Shown here: piece after piece, positions 50,001 through 56,395 of the stretch | Layout: every line of letters begins with the position of its first letter | Numbering within the stretch: position 1 is the first letter of the stretch | Source: Biomphalaria pfeifferi | Taxonomy: Eukaryota | DNA length: 64,000 nt | Direction: 5' to 3' | Assembly: GCA_030265305.1 (NCBI GenBank) | Contig: JASAOG010000079.1 | Coordinates: forward strand, 301,331-365,330 | Program-made: the position numbers and the translations under genes | Notes under the pieces: generated by a model | The model's input: the letters and a program-made list of their open reading frames with translations, nothing else | Told to the model about the DNA's origin: nothing | The model's database searches: none

Positions 50001-50771
50001 CCCAAACTTTTTTTCTTAATGGAACACTTTGTACATTCTGAGGATTTAGCGAAACACTTCGATTATTTTTTTTAGAGAGATTAATTCACTTGGTGGCCAA
50101 CTAGTCAATTATTTCAGTAATTCGTGGAACACCTATTCAGGTCTCGAGAAACACTAGGGTTCCATGGAACACAGTTTGAGAAACACTGACTTAGCGAAAC
50201 ATTTTTTGTATGTTCCTTTTTTGGTAGACCACCATATTACACGTTTACTTTTGATGTCGGAGAAACATTTTTTATACAGAGCCTCTCTAGAGGATAGAGT
50301 TAGGGTAGTGGTGGCAAAAAAGCAAAGAGTATGGTTGAAGGAAATGGTTAACACATGAATATGGAGGGTCGCAAGATGGCGTTTATACATGTAAATATGA
50401 TTTTTAAATTAGACAGAAGAATAGGCGGAGAGGGGTGGGAAAGAAAGAAGCAGGAGGGAGGCATGGGTAACCAGACATTTCTTTTCATTTGAAAACCTGG
50501 GTATAGAACCAGACATTTCTTTTCATTTGACAACCTGGGTATAGAACCAGACATTTCTTTTCATTTGACAACCTAGGTATAGAAATGTTTAAAGAAATAC
50601 AACTTTAACTTTTAAAAAAAATCTCTTTTTAAGGTTGGTCAGTTTTTTTGTCCAGCACCTATCTGGAGTCTGCAGATTGCTAATGTGATTAGTAAAGCAG
50701 ACAAAAAGAATATTTTTCTCCTGGCTGGAGATCAACTCGGAAACATCCATCAGTTGCTTTGGAAATCGTAG
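13231..50771 (+). CDS. TEP1: TEP1-like gene (telomerase-associated protein 1 / vault TROVE-NACHT-WD40 protein), 56 coding exons, start ATG 13231 to stop TAG 50769-50771
   Basis: Conceptual splicing gives one continuous ORF. It is collinear with human TEP1: N-terminal LLxTGSSxLLST repeats; the TROVE motifs [52 protein letters not shown] and [20 protein letters not shown]; [18 protein letters not shown]; Walker [15 protein letters not shown]; Walker [10 protein letters not shown]; many GH..WD WD40 units; C-terminus [12 protein letters not shown]. All introns GT-AG. Confidence 0.9.
13722..14410 (+). CDS. TEP1: TEP1 exon 2: N-terminal TEP1-type repeats ([23 protein letters not shown]...) and a S/K-rich region
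   Basis: Open frame 13722-14410 ending at donor aag|gtaagt; repeat periodicity resembles the TEP1 N-terminal repeats. Confidence 0.8.
15040..15174 (+). CDS. TEP1: TEP1 exon 3 (TROVE start; ...[12 protein letters not shown])
   Basis: Matches human EPEFILK; ag|cgag acceptor, aaaa|gtaagt donor; phase 0. Confidence 0.85.
15818..15979 (+). CDS. TEP1: TEP1 exon 4 ([23 protein letters not shown]...[20 protein letters not shown])
   Basis: Strong match to human ASLYARQQLNVRN...YFCAIVQLPSDWIQVAELYQ. Confidence 0.9.
16883..16979 (+). CDS. TEP1: TEP1 exon 5 ([21 protein letters not shown])
   Basis: Matches human LRTAMTDKFAQFDEYQLAKY. Confidence 0.85.
17344..17567 (+). CDS. TEP1: TEP1 exon 6, lysine-rich basic low-complexity segment ([18 protein letters not shown]...[17 protein letters not shown])
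   Basis: Continues AKYN as in human; contains an (A)9 run at 17374-17382. Confidence 0.8.
17676..17806 (+). CDS. TEP1: TEP1 exon 7 ([22 protein letters not shown])
   Basis: Matches human LVQRLHIHKPAQHVQALLGYRYP. Confidence 0.85.
17993..18150 (+). CDS. TEP1: TEP1 exon 8 ([52 protein letters not shown])
   Basis: Near-identical motif to human [42 protein letters not shown]. Confidence 0.92.
18265..18515 (-). mobile_element. SINE family B (tRNA-derived: head gggaagcgtggtcgagaggccaag...ggttcgacacc; body ...ggaccaaaagcgctctgagcatgctataagcatgaaagtagcgctata; A/T-rich tail), in TEP1 intron 8
   Basis: Four full copies in the window (18265-, 29690-, 33285+, 44025+). Confidence 0.75.
19225..20690 (+). 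mobile_element. Non-LTR retrotransposon fragment (RT palm/thumb plus C-terminal domain) in sense orientation in TEP1 intron 8, followed by (ATT)n
   Basis: ORFs 19231-19902 (...[14 protein letters not shown]...[15 protein letters not shown]...[17 protein letters not shown]...FADDSQ) and 19874-20680 (...[11 protein letters not shown]...[20 protein letters not shown]...[15 protein letters not shown]). Confidence 0.8.
20840..20949 (+). CDS. TEP1: TEP1 exon 9 ([37 protein letters not shown])
   Basis: Matches human KLPFMAMLRNLCNLLRVGISSRHHELILQRL; intron 8 (2.7 kb) carries a SINE and a LINE fragment. Confidence 0.92.
21505..21595 (+). CDS. TEP1: TEP1 exon 10 ([30 protein letters not shown])
   Basis: Matches human KSVIHSRQFPFRFLNAHDAIDALEAQL. 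Confidence 0.9.
21955..22095 (+). CDS. TEP1: TEP1 exon 11, Gly/Arg-rich (RGG) low-complexity linker
   Basis: Peptide [46 protein letters not shown]; phase-consistent GT-AG; no counterpart in human TEP1. Confidence 0.65.
22208..22270 (+). CDS. TEP1: TEP1 exon 12, continuation of the RGG linker ([20 protein letters not shown])
   Basis: Phase 1 in / phase 1 out; donor ctg|gtaatg. Confidence 0.6.
22563..22741 (+). CDS. TEP1: TEP1 exon 13 ([60 protein letters not shown])
   Basis: Matches human EMLNRYRQALETAVNLSVKHSLPLLPGRTVLVYLTD. Confidence 0.85.
22951..23112 (+). CDS. TEP1: TEP1 exon 14 ([54 protein letters not shown])
   Basis: 162 bp, phase 0; donor tct|gtgagt. Confidence 0.8.
23356..23421 (+). 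CDS. TEP1: TEP1 exon 15 ([22 protein letters not shown])
   Basis: 66 bp in frame; the alternative acceptor 3 bp downstream is equally possible. Confidence 0.7.
23499..23644 (+). CDS. TEP1: TEP1 exon 16 ([48 protein letters not shown])
   Basis: Acceptor ccag|att, donor agg|gtaaga. Confidence 0.8.
23810..23881 (+). CDS. TEP1: TEP1 exon 17 ([23 protein letters not shown])
   Basis: Acceptor tgtag|g, donor ag|gtaagt. Confidence 0.8.
24455..24715 (+). mobile_element. Full-length SINE family C in TEP1 intron 17
   Basis: tRNA-like head ggttcgaattttagtgaagact plus a 3' region whose reverse complement recurs as 5'-truncated copies at 42950, 53805 and 61270. Confidence 0.7.
24995..25159 (+). CDS. TEP1: TEP1 exon 18 ([54 protein letters not shown])
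   Basis: Phase 2 in and out; intron 17 carries SINE-C. Confidence 0.8.
25383..25559 (+). CDS. TEP1: TEP1 exon 19 ([58 protein letters not shown])
   Basis: Matches human [30 protein letters not shown]...IDLRWGVTEEETRRNR. Confidence 0.93.
25818..26290 (+). repeat. Solo LTR of the same gypsy family, in TEP1 intron 19
   Basis: Collinear with 434-523 plus 1375-1790 of the 5' LTR. Confidence 0.65.
26765..27001 (+). CDS. TEP1: TEP1 exon 20 ([32 protein letters not shown]...[10 protein letters not shown]...FFFRDNIFE)
   Basis: Matches human [30 protein letters not shown]...SVTEMEV...IYFRDSSF; donor aaaa|gtaggt. Confidence 0.9.
27208..27321 (+). CDS. TEP1: TEP1 exon 21 ([37 protein letters not shown])
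   Basis: Matches human [27 protein letters not shown]. Confidence 0.85.
27713..27833 (+). CDS. TEP1: TEP1 exon 22 ([40 protein letters not shown])
   Basis: Matches human [37 protein letters not shown]. Confidence 0.9.
27931..28110 (+). CDS. TEP1: TEP1 exon 23, NACHT Walker A (…[35 protein letters not shown])
   Basis: P-loop GxxGxGKT; aligned to human GQSGQGKTAFL. Confidence 0.92.
28384..28559 (+). CDS. TEP1: TEP1 exon 24 (NACHT; [50 protein letters not shown]...)
   Basis: Phase 0 in / 2 out; donor caa|gtaaga. Confidence 0.85.
29494..29641 (+). CDS. TEP1: TEP1 exon 25, NACHT Walker B (…[32 protein letters not shown])
   Basis: Hydrophobic-hhhhDSLD motif; matches human QVLIIDGADRLVDQNGQLISDWIPKKLP. 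Confidence 0.88.
29690..30045 (-). mobile_element. SINE family B copy with internally duplicated tail and (TA)n, TEP1 intron 25
   Basis: Sequence identity to 18265-18515. Confidence 0.75.
30341..30517 (+). CDS. TEP1: TEP1 exon 26 ([59 protein letters not shown])
   Basis: Matches human CVHLVLSVSSD...LGPLEASARARLVREELALYGKRLEESPFNNQ. Confidence 0.9.
30683..30775 (+). CDS. TEP1: TEP1 exon 27 ([31 protein letters not shown])
   Basis: Matches human MRLLLVKRESGRPLYLRLVTDHLRLFTLYEQ; the donor agg|gtaagt is the first unit of a 32-bp tandem array. Confidence 0.9.
30745..31065 (+). repeat. Tandem array (about 9.5 units of about 32-33 bp) reiterating the exon-27 3' end plus its donor site (ggagtatttgaaagg|gtaagtt ggtttaactt)
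   Basis: Direct reading; each unit contains GAAAGGGTAAGT. Confidence 0.95.
31531..31663 (+). CDS. TEP1: TEP1 exon 28 ([44 protein letters not shown])
   Basis: Matches human VSERLRTLPATVPLLLQHILSTLEKEHGPDVLPQAL. Confidence 0.88.
31751..31928 (+). CDS. TEP1: TEP1 exon 29 ([26 protein letters not shown]...[22 protein letters not shown])
   Basis: Matches human GLTVDQLHGVLSVW...PFACLVQSLRSLLGEGP; donor ctg|gttagt. Confidence 0.8.
31988..32045. repeat. (TA)29 microsatellite
   Basis: Direct reading. Confidence 0.95.
32046..32765. other. GC-rich (about 50% GC) 0.72-kb island within an AT-rich intron, flanked by (TA)n on both sides; imperfect 9-bp inverted termini tgttatgaa / ttcgtaaca
   Basis: Composition shift visible by eye; no ORF longer than 65 aa; internal gtacggtgtacagtgtacgtacagtgtacgtg direct repeats. 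Confidence 0.5.
32968..33077 (+). CDS. TEP1: TEP1 exon 30 ([36 protein letters not shown])
   Basis: Phase 2 in / 1 out; intron 29 carries the GC-rich island. Confidence 0.75.
33285..33550 (+). mobile_element. SINE family B copy, TEP1 intron 30
   Basis: Head gggaagcgtggtcgagaggccaagtgagcttgaacttggc ... tail gctataataataataat. Confidence 0.75.
33623..33711 (+). CDS. TEP1: TEP1 exon 31 ([29 protein letters not shown])
   Basis: Matches human ...PPEALGDLPYHL. Confidence 0.8.
34326..34440 (+). CDS. TEP1: TEP1 exon 32 ([38 protein letters not shown])
   Basis: Matches human LQSGNRGLLSKFLTNLHVVAAHLELGLVSRLLEAH. Confidence 0.85.
34545..34647 (+). CDS. TEP1: TEP1 exon 33 ([34 protein letters not shown])
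   Basis: GT-AG, phase 1 in / 2 out. Confidence 0.75.
34921..35089 (+). CDS. TEP1: TEP1 exon 34 ([56 protein letters not shown])
   Basis: Matches human QYPRLLPQQAANQPLDSPLCHQASLLSRRWHLQHTLRWLNKP. Confidence 0.85.
35695..35880 (+). repeat. Dispersed repeat family F (G-run ... aatttgaaaaattcccc ... atgccat ... catgatg ... atgcatggacccctgaaggggtcaagcccc) containing a (G)19 tract
   Basis: Copies at 53095-53245 (-) and 60635-60800 (+). Confidence 0.5.
36717..36812 (+). CDS. TEP1: TEP1 exon 35, first WD40 ([32 protein letters not shown])
   Basis: Matches human PTAVAFSTNGQRAAVGTANGTVYLLDLRTWQE. Confidence 0.88.
36915..37039 (+). CDS. TEP1: TEP1 exon 36 WD40 ([41 protein letters not shown])
   Basis: GH...WD unit. 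Confidence 0.85.
37704..37853 (+). CDS. TEP1: TEP1 exon 37 WD40 ([49 protein letters not shown])
   Basis: WD40 motif; GT-AG. Confidence 0.85.
38114..38219 (+). CDS. TEP1: TEP1 exon 38 WD40 ([35 protein letters not shown])
   Basis: Matches human LNCVAFHPEGQVIATGSWAGSISFF. Confidence 0.88.
38511..38630 (+). CDS. TEP1: TEP1 exon 39 WD40 ([40 protein letters not shown])
   Basis: WD40 unit. Confidence 0.88.
39084..39182 (+). CDS. TEP1: TEP1 exon 40 WD40 ([33 protein letters not shown])
   Basis: Matches human LTAGEDGKVQVWSG. Confidence 0.88.
39555..39725 (-). mobile_element. SINE family A copy, TEP1 intron 40
   Basis: Reverse complement of the family A consensus. Confidence 0.8.
40159..40306 (+). 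CDS. TEP1: TEP1 exon 41 ([49 protein letters not shown])
   Basis: Matches human VWSGSLGRPRGHLGSLSLSPALSVALSPDGDRVAVGYRADGIRIYKI. Confidence 0.92.
40946..41055 (+). CDS. TEP1: TEP1 exon 42 WD40 ([36 protein letters not shown])
   Basis: Phase 1 in / 0 out. Confidence 0.85.
41440..41880 (+). mobile_element. 3' fragment of a CR1/L2-type non-LTR element, TEP1 intron 42
   Basis: ORF 41672-41857 ...[15 protein letters not shown]... resembles the canonical LINE ORF2 C-terminus (…RMDDSRLPK…). Confidence 0.5.
42041..42198 (+). CDS. TEP1: TEP1 exon 43 WD40 ([52 protein letters not shown])
   Basis: WD40 unit; donor aa|gtaagt. Confidence 0.85.
42323..42422 (+). CDS. TEP1: TEP1 exon 44 WD40 ([33 protein letters not shown])
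   Basis: Matches human ELRGHEGPVSCCSFSTDGGSLATGGRDRS. Confidence 0.9.
42633..42758 (+). CDS. TEP1: TEP1 exon 45 ([42 protein letters not shown])
   Basis: Matches human CHRDWVTGCAWTKDNLL. Confidence 0.85.
42950..43045 (-). mobile_element. 5'-truncated SINE family C copy (3' region only), TEP1 intron 45
   Basis: gatgtaaaggtcatctg...tgtcatgtggccagcacaac matches the reverse complement of 24600-24700. Confidence 0.55.
43208..43315 (+). CDS. TEP1: TEP1 exon 46 WD40 ([36 protein letters not shown])
   Basis: Matches human ISCSSDGSVGLWDPESGQRLGQFLGHQSAVSAVAA. Confidence 0.9.
44025..44285 (+). mobile_element. SINE family B copy, TEP1 intron 46
   Basis: Near-identical to 33285-33550. Confidence 0.75.
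44991..45132 (+). CDS. TEP1: TEP1 exon 47 WD40 ([47 protein letters not shown])
   Basis: Matches human VVSVSRDGTLKVWDHQGVELTSIPAHSGPISHCAAAM. Confidence 0.88.
45389..45555 (+). CDS. TEP1: TEP1 exon 48 (acidic insert [56 protein letters not shown])
   Basis: Phase 1 in / 0 out; matches human TVGLDGATRLWHPLL. Confidence 0.8.
45690..46110. repeat. 42-bp minisatellite (about 10 units: atcacccttttatataattgatataattgtttgaatgtt) in TEP1 intron 48
   Basis: Direct reading; produces the periodic 130-aa minus-strand ORF 45688-46080. Confidence 0.95.
46125..46330 (+). CDS. TEP1: TEP1 exon 49 WD40 ([39 protein letters not shown]...LSGS)
   Basis: Matches human CQTHTLLGHSGPVRAAAVSETSGLMLTASEDGSVRLWQVP. Confidence 0.9.
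46599..46665 (+). CDS. TEP1: TEP1 exon 50 ([22 protein letters not shown])
   Basis: Phase 2 in / 0 out; WD tail. Confidence 0.8.
47551..47678 (+). CDS. TEP1: TEP1 exon 51 ([42 protein letters not shown])
   Basis: WD40-like; GT-AG. Confidence 0.8.
47789..47920 (+). CDS. TEP1: TEP1 exon 52 ([43 protein letters not shown])
   Basis: Phase 2 in / 2 out. Confidence 0.8.
48911..49067 (+). CDS. TEP1: TEP1 exon 53 ([52 protein letters not shown])
   Basis: Phase 2 in / 0 out. Confidence 0.75.
49332..49505 (+). CDS. TEP1: TEP1 exon 54 ([58 protein letters not shown])
   Basis: 174 bp, phase 0. Confidence 0.8.
49839..49958 (+). CDS. TEP1: TEP1 exon 55 WD40 ([40 protein letters not shown])
   Basis: Matches human IHSGSVTALHVLPELLVTASKDRDVKLWERPSMQLLGLFR. 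Confidence 0.9.
50478..50590. repeat. 3 tandem copies of a 41-bp unit (gaaaacctgggtatagaaccagacatttcttttcatttgac) in the last TEP1 intron
   Basis: Direct reading. Confidence 0.9.
50634..50771 (+). CDS. TEP1: TEP1 terminal exon 56 ([45 protein letters not shown])
   Basis: Matches the human C-terminus LQLAVGDVQGNVYFLNWE; stop TAG 50769-50771. Confidence 0.9.
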   Translation, partial: VGQFFCPAPIWSLQIANVISKADKKNIFLLAGDQLGNIHQLLWKS

Positions 50772-51476
50772 TAGTGTTGGCATTCACAAACGACAAGTAT
50801 ACATTTCTTGAATTTAACTAAAGTGTTGCATGAATATTTTTGCCTTTCATATTTTGATGATTATTGAAGAAATATTTAATTATTTATACATTGCAACAAA
50901 TTATTTCATCTTATAACATAAGCTACATAAGTCATATTGCATATGACATTCACCAAGTAGGTGATTTTTTTTTTGACTGCCTTATAGAATGTGTATCTAT
51001 TCTTCTAGATTGATGTAACTGTAATTGTACGGTTTCTATCATTAGAAATTTATTAATTTATTACTATTATACAAATGTTGAAGGCATTAAACCTAAAACT
51101 CTGATCAGGTTCGTTGACCAATGATCACAGTTTTTACTTGTATAATGTACAATTAGGGTCACAAGGTGCTGTCTACATAGCTATAATGTTCATCAAGTTA
51201 ACGGTGGATCTATGTTTTTTTCTGTTTTTGTTGATTTTTCTATTCTTCAATTGTTGCTAGTTTAGCTTCAGCTGTGATTAAAAAGTTTATTGTGAGGAAA
51301 CACAATTGTGATAGATTGTTTTCTACATCTTTGTACAACTTTATCTTTCTCGGGTATTACATTTTTTCATATGCTGTTTTTTTTTTTAAATCTTTATTCA
51401 TATCTTGTTAAATTATTATACATTTGTTTAAATCTATTTATTAATTACTTTACTGATACTTGATTATTTATAGTTT

Positions 51477-51482
51477 AATAAA
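51477..51482 (+). terminator. Candidate polyadenylation signal AATAAA for TEP1 (about 700 bp 3' of the stop)
   Basis: AATAAA hexamer in the AT-rich 3' region; other A/T-rich hexamers are also present. Confidence 0.25.
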
Positions 51483-51928
51483 ATACATGATTTTGTTGTA
51501 CAAGTGTTCTAAGTGTAATGAAATGATTCGCCTATAATTTTTTTTTTTTTCAAATACTTCAGTTAGTCATAAATTTAGAACAATATATTTTGTAAGCTCT
51601 TTTTTTTCCCATTGAATACATCAGCTTTGTATTAATGGTTTAATGAAATATTTTCTTAGAATGAGTGTTTGAATAAATAATGTTTCACTAAATTTTGTGT
51701 TATGAAAAATGATTATGATACAGAGACACACATTCTTACAGCTGTTTAGTGTTGTTTTTTTTTGGGGTGGAGAGAGAAAATTTTTTTTATTTTTTAATTG
51801 TCAGTACTTTAAAAAATTTGTCCCACAAAAGAAAAAAAAAATTCTTACAAAATGTTAGGGTAGGTGGGCACATCATTTTTTTTTAAAAAACTAAACAGGC
51901 AGAATGGTATATAACAAAATAATTTTTC

Positions 51929-51934
51929 TTTATT
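51929..51934 (-). terminator. Candidate polyadenylation signal (AATAAA on the minus strand) for the convergent TSP1/CTCK gene
   Basis: TTTATT on plus, about 325 bp downstream of the minus-strand stop at 52259. Confidence 0.2.
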
Positions 51935-52258
51935 TATAACACAGAACTATTCCTTCACCAACGTTTGGAAATTGTAATTTATGCTAATACAATTCCCAAA
52001 CATTTATTCACTTCAATCAAAAGAGAAGATATCAGACACTGTAGACCAACCTTTTAAATGTTTATCCAAAGGACAGTAAATTGAGTCATTACAAGAATAC
52101 AGCATGAGGTATAAATAATATAGAACTGTATTTTAAAAATAAAAAAAGTCAACCATTTTTTTCTTAGAATTTAAACTTTTCAAAAGCTCGGTGTGTATTT
52201 TGAAGACAAAGACTTCAACCTATTAACAATTAATTATTAGATGATATTTCCTAAATAA

Positions 52259-52621
52259 TTATCTTGTAATTAATTGATACTCTTCATTTGAACAAGAAAA
52301 GCAATGACAGGAATCGATTATTGGTACATTTTGAGTAAATTCGTATTCATCTTCACACTGAAATTTCACTGGAAGTAAGAAACTCCTCTTAACTGCACAA
52401 CAAGAGCACTGCTGCTGAACAATTTTCATTTGATCGTAATCCACTGACATGTTTCCTCGCTCACACAATCCATAACACGTCTGTCGGGGTAGCATGGTAA
52501 CCGAACTGCATGTTTTAAAGTCAATGTGCTGTGGTGGAAATGTTACCAATCGACACTTGTCTTTGGCAACACAATCAACTTCACAGCATCCGTCATTAGA
52601 GGGAATTAAATCATGAGTAGC
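52259..52621 (-). CDS. Terminal exon of a minus-strand gene: C-terminal cystine-knot (CTCK) domain, stop at 52259-52261
   Basis: Peptide ...CCEVDCVAKDKCRLVTF...CSSVTMLPRQTCYGLCERG...CSCCAVKRSFLLPVKFQCEDEY...SCHCFSC (CxGxC, CC, CxC spacing); acceptor ttgcag|gct on the minus strand. Confidence 0.75.
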   Translation of the reverse strand, partial: ATHDLIPSNDGCCEVDCVAKDKCRLVTFPPQHIDFKTCSSVTMLPRQTCYGLCERGNMSVDYDQMKIVQQQCSCCAVKRSFLLPVKFQCEDEYEFTQNVPIIDSCHCFSCSNEEYQLITR

Positions 52622-53094
52622 CTGCAACCATATACATTACATTATGATCTGATATCTAGATCTATTAAAATTCATTTTATATACAGAAAGATATACAACT
52701 AACTGGAGAGATTTAAAAAAAAACACCTTCCCTTCCTGACCAGGACAGAGTCAGACATTTTTTCTTAGTGGGCCTCTCCAAATTTTTCTCTAGCCATTTC
52801 ATCACTTTTACAATTTTACTGGGCATTCCTAATCCATACAGATTCTTGTAAGCTGTATTGGCGAATGCTTTCACATGTTAATTAATAGTTAATACGTTTA
52901 AATGCACTGTTCCACTTATCTATTTGATGTTATAGGGTGGAGTTGAAAGACCTGGAAAGATCATTTTGAAGAAAAGAAACCTAGGCAAGCCTGAATAAAA
53001 CACAATTCTAACTTGTTGTGGCGTGGAAGGATGCTACTGTGGGAGTAAAGAAAATTAGTTCAGAAAAAAGAAATTACAATTAGTGAAGGGGGTT

Positions 53095-53245
53095 AATCTC
53101 ACTGATAAATTGTAAACAGGGGCATAGCTAAGTATTTTTCATCGGATGGGGCTTGACCTCTTTGGGGGCCCCTGCATTTGCATAATAATTTTTTTTATGC
53201 AAAAAAACACTTCAGTGGAGGCCCGGGGATTTTCAAATTCCCCCT
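53095..53245 (-). repeat. Repeat family F copy
   Basis: See 35695. Confidence 0.45.
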
Positions 53246-53357
53246 CTCCCTAACTACGCCACTGATTGTAAAGCCCATTTTCATGACAGAAATCCTTTGC
53301 TAAGCTTCTTTATAAATAAAATTTTGATTAAAAACATGGATATGTTTAATGGCTTAC

Positions 53358-53462
53358 CAAATTACAATCTGTAGCCTTGATACATGGTTTGGCAATTTGG
53401 ACCACCTGACCCTCATAGCAAAGACAATTTTGGCACTTTCCACAAGGAAGCATTTCATAAGA
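53358..53462 (-). CDS. Candidate cysteine-rich exon of the same minus-strand gene (YEMLPCGKCQNCLCYEGQVVQIAKPCIKATDCNL)
   Basis: 105-bp open frame with a ttcag acceptor and a ttg|gtaagc donor on the minus strand. Confidence 0.45.
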
Positions 53463-53534
53463 CTGAACACATAAGAAACAATCAAGTTTTGGGTTTAATC
53501 GAAACAACATTAAATAATAATACTAATAATTATT

Positions 53535-53725
53535 TTTGTCTCAAATGTTTGTTTTGTAAAATGTTTTACATATTTCGGATGTTCCCTCAGAGTTGAAGAT
53601 AGTTTACTTCCTAGTCCAAACCTCCCGCAGGACGACGAGGGATGGGAGCGGGCAGGGTTTGAACCCTCGACTGTCGATAAATCCGAACGACAGTCCAGCG
53701 CGCAAACCGCACGACCAGGTTCACA
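53535..53725 (-). mobile_element. SINE family A copy (intron of the TSP1 gene)
   Basis: Reverse complement of the family A consensus. Confidence 0.8.
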
Positions 53726-53804
53726 TTTAGATCTGTCAATTTTGTTTCACATTTAAAGATGAAAAAAAATAATGCAATAAAATTTGAATAGAATAAAGAC
53801 CTTG

Positions 53805-53885
53805 CGATCTAAAGAGCAGATGATGTAAAGGTCATCTGTTAATGAGGGTGTCATTACTGTCATGTGGCCAGCAAAGCGGAATAGA
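53805..53885 (-). mobile_element. 5'-truncated SINE family C fragment
   Basis: Matches 42950-43045. Confidence 0.5.
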
Positions 53886-54334
53886 TATAACATGAATCCA
53901 TTCTTCAGAAACAATAGACATATAAATTAAACAGTGAACGCATGTTGTTAATTAGTGTGTAATGATATAATCGCCAAGGGAATAAAACAAATTTTTTTTC
54001 CTTGATCTGTCTTCTATTACTATTTTTATATAGGATAAGTTACTTTTTATGGGTTCAACCAAATGGAAATTCAGTTTGACTACAATTGACCACCTCAGCG
54101 CCTTTGTAATGATAAAATCAACTGAAAATGATAATTTATGTTTAAAATCTTTATTTAAACATCAACTTGTTAGAATGTATTTAAGCGAGGTAGAATAGGT
54201 TCACAGATCCTAATTGTATGTCAATATCTAAAGTGTTTATAAAAGTTTAGTTGATTAATGTTTAGGATGATGGTAGATCAAAATCTTAGACGCACTACTT
54301 TAATAGTAAAAAAAAAAAAAGTTTCCCTTTCAGA

Positions 54335-54800
54335 TCCTATAGGGCAGATGATGTAAAGGTCATCAGTTTCTATAGCTGATGGTTAATGAGGGTGTCATGT
54401 GACCAGCACAACAACTATCCACCTTTACTTTACCTTTGACCTAAGGGGATGTAACTATTTTTGATTAGTTATGATGACAGGAGTGATTGTCCTTAAAAGT
54501 GTACTTAGTTGTCACTTGCTCCTCAGTGACCAGCTTGACCACTGGAAATTGCTGTGCATTGTAAAAACTGTAGATATTTTTCTGTAAGATCTAGTCACTG
54601 GTCGTGCGCCTTGAAGTACTCAGGAACGGTGTGCCCTGCTCTGGAGATCTGTAACATACTCATTAGAGTTGGGTGGACTCAGTGGCATCCTAACAATCCC
54701 AAATCCCAGTCTTCACTTTTATAGCCCTTGACCTCACGTTTCGAAAGCCAAATGCTTTACCACTTAGCCAGGGCAGCCTTAGGTAAAGGCAAAGTACGCA
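54335..54800 (-). mobile_element. SINE family C copy (long variant)
   Basis: Head reverse complement at 54690-54800, tail region at 54335-54425. Confidence 0.6.
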
Positions 54801-55389
54801 GCTGCTGGGGGCCTGCCACATTACTAAAGAAAATGTTGTTTTTTTTGAGAAAAACTTACTGAAACATGGATAAAATCTCAAACATAGAACTCTGTGGCTA
54901 CTAGCCTAGCTCTTAAGTCTTAAGGTTTATTCAAGAATGTTTAAATTTACTTGTTAGACTACATATGTTAGAAGACCATTGTTTCTTCCTTTTGGTGAAA
55001 TGTCGAAACATTATTTCTAGTCTGGTGATCATGAATCCTCCATGAAGCACATTCATGCTATTGGGGCTATATGAATTTAAATTAATTGTTGATTTACATA
55101 TAGATACAAGAAGGTTTTTAACCCAATGCATATTTTTCTGTCTAAATTTGTTGGTTTATCTATTTCATTTAAGACCGCCATATTGACTTTGCCTAGGGCT
55201 CCAATTACCTCATGCCATCCCTGACTCAGCCATCACATCCCCACCAGTCAAATAGAGCAACATAAAAATAGTTTGTGCTTTTTATGTTGAGATTTTGCAT
55301 GCTCTACTCTATTACATGCTCAGATTACAGTCGGGCATGCTTAAGGTGACACCACAATGAGAAGACGAACACATTTTAATGGGACTGAC

Positions 55390-55583
55390 CTTATAAGTCT
55401 TATTGTTAAAAACGCAGTCAAGTGAGCAATGTTCTGAAGGAATGCAATGAGACCCATTAAATACAAGATGGCTTGGGCAGACGCACCCACCAGACAGTTT
55501 CTGATGACAGTAGCGCGAGGGCTCTAAGTGACACTGTCTTTGGCAGCTGGAGTGGTTTCTCCAAACAAAACCTTCCTTACAGT
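55390..55583 (-). CDS. Exon encoding a TIL (trypsin-inhibitor-like Cys-rich) domain
   Basis: Peptide CKEGFVWRNHSSCQRQCHLEPSRYCHQKLSGGCVCPSHLVFNGSHCIPSEHCSLDC; acceptor acag|ac and donor aag|gtcagt on the minus strand. Confidence 0.7.
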
Positions 55584-55845
55584 CTGTATGAATAAAGTCA
55601 AAATTAATTATCGTTTACTCTAATTGTTTAAAACAAACATTTTTTTATTGCTATGACATAATTAAAATGTGCATAGATTAAATCTACTTTAGTTAGTCAA
55701 AATGTGACCTCCAAGGAGATTAGTGCCGTTACATTTGGAAGTGAAAAAAAAATGGAATCTCGTATTTATAGAAATGGTAGGTATACATTTTTTGCTCTCG
55801 AAGGCCTACTACAGTGTTTCAAATCACTATAGATGTTCTATTTAC

Positions 55846-55995
55846 CACAATTTTTCAAGAAGCAATCTTGAGTTTGTGTCCTTGTTAACTCTGGACAACT
55901 GGCAGGAATATGGCGATATCGACTTCTTTTACCCCAGCCACATTTCTTGGCCGAGCAATGAGTCCAGCTTGACCACTGACCAATGGTTTCATGAC
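55846..55995 (-). CDS. Exon encoding a thrombospondin type-1 repeat (TSP1)
   Basis: Peptide WSSWTHCSAKKCGWGKRSRYRHIPASCPELTRTQTQDCFLKNCG; ctag|gt acceptor and tgtg|gtaaat donor on the minus strand. Confidence 0.75.
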
Positions 55996-56206
55996 CTAGA
56001 AAGAAAATGGTGATGCGATTAAAACAAAACATACCTTAAAACATATATTTTATTAATTGTACACAATGGCTGATTTGATGTTCGTATAACATTAAGAATG
56101 CTTGAAAAAATAACCCACATTTTACCTTCCCTCATACTTATTAACTACCATAGTATCAGTTCTGTCTTCCTCAATCATTGAAGTTAGTGAGACTTATTTC
56201 TTAAAT

Positions 56207-56395
56207 GGATGGCTGCCTGGTCGTGCGGTTTGCGGGCTGGACTGTCGTTCGGATTTATCGACAGTCGAGGGTTCAAACCCTGCCCGCTCCCATCCCCTGT
56301 CGTCCTGCGGGAGGTTTGGACTAGGAAGTAAACTATCTTCAACTCTGAAGGAACATCTGAATTATGTAAAACATTTTACAAACAAACAAACAAAT
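56207..56395 (+). mobile_element. SINE family A copy
   Basis: ggatggctgcctggtcgtgcggtttgcgggctgg...acaaacaaacaaacaa. Confidence 0.8.
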
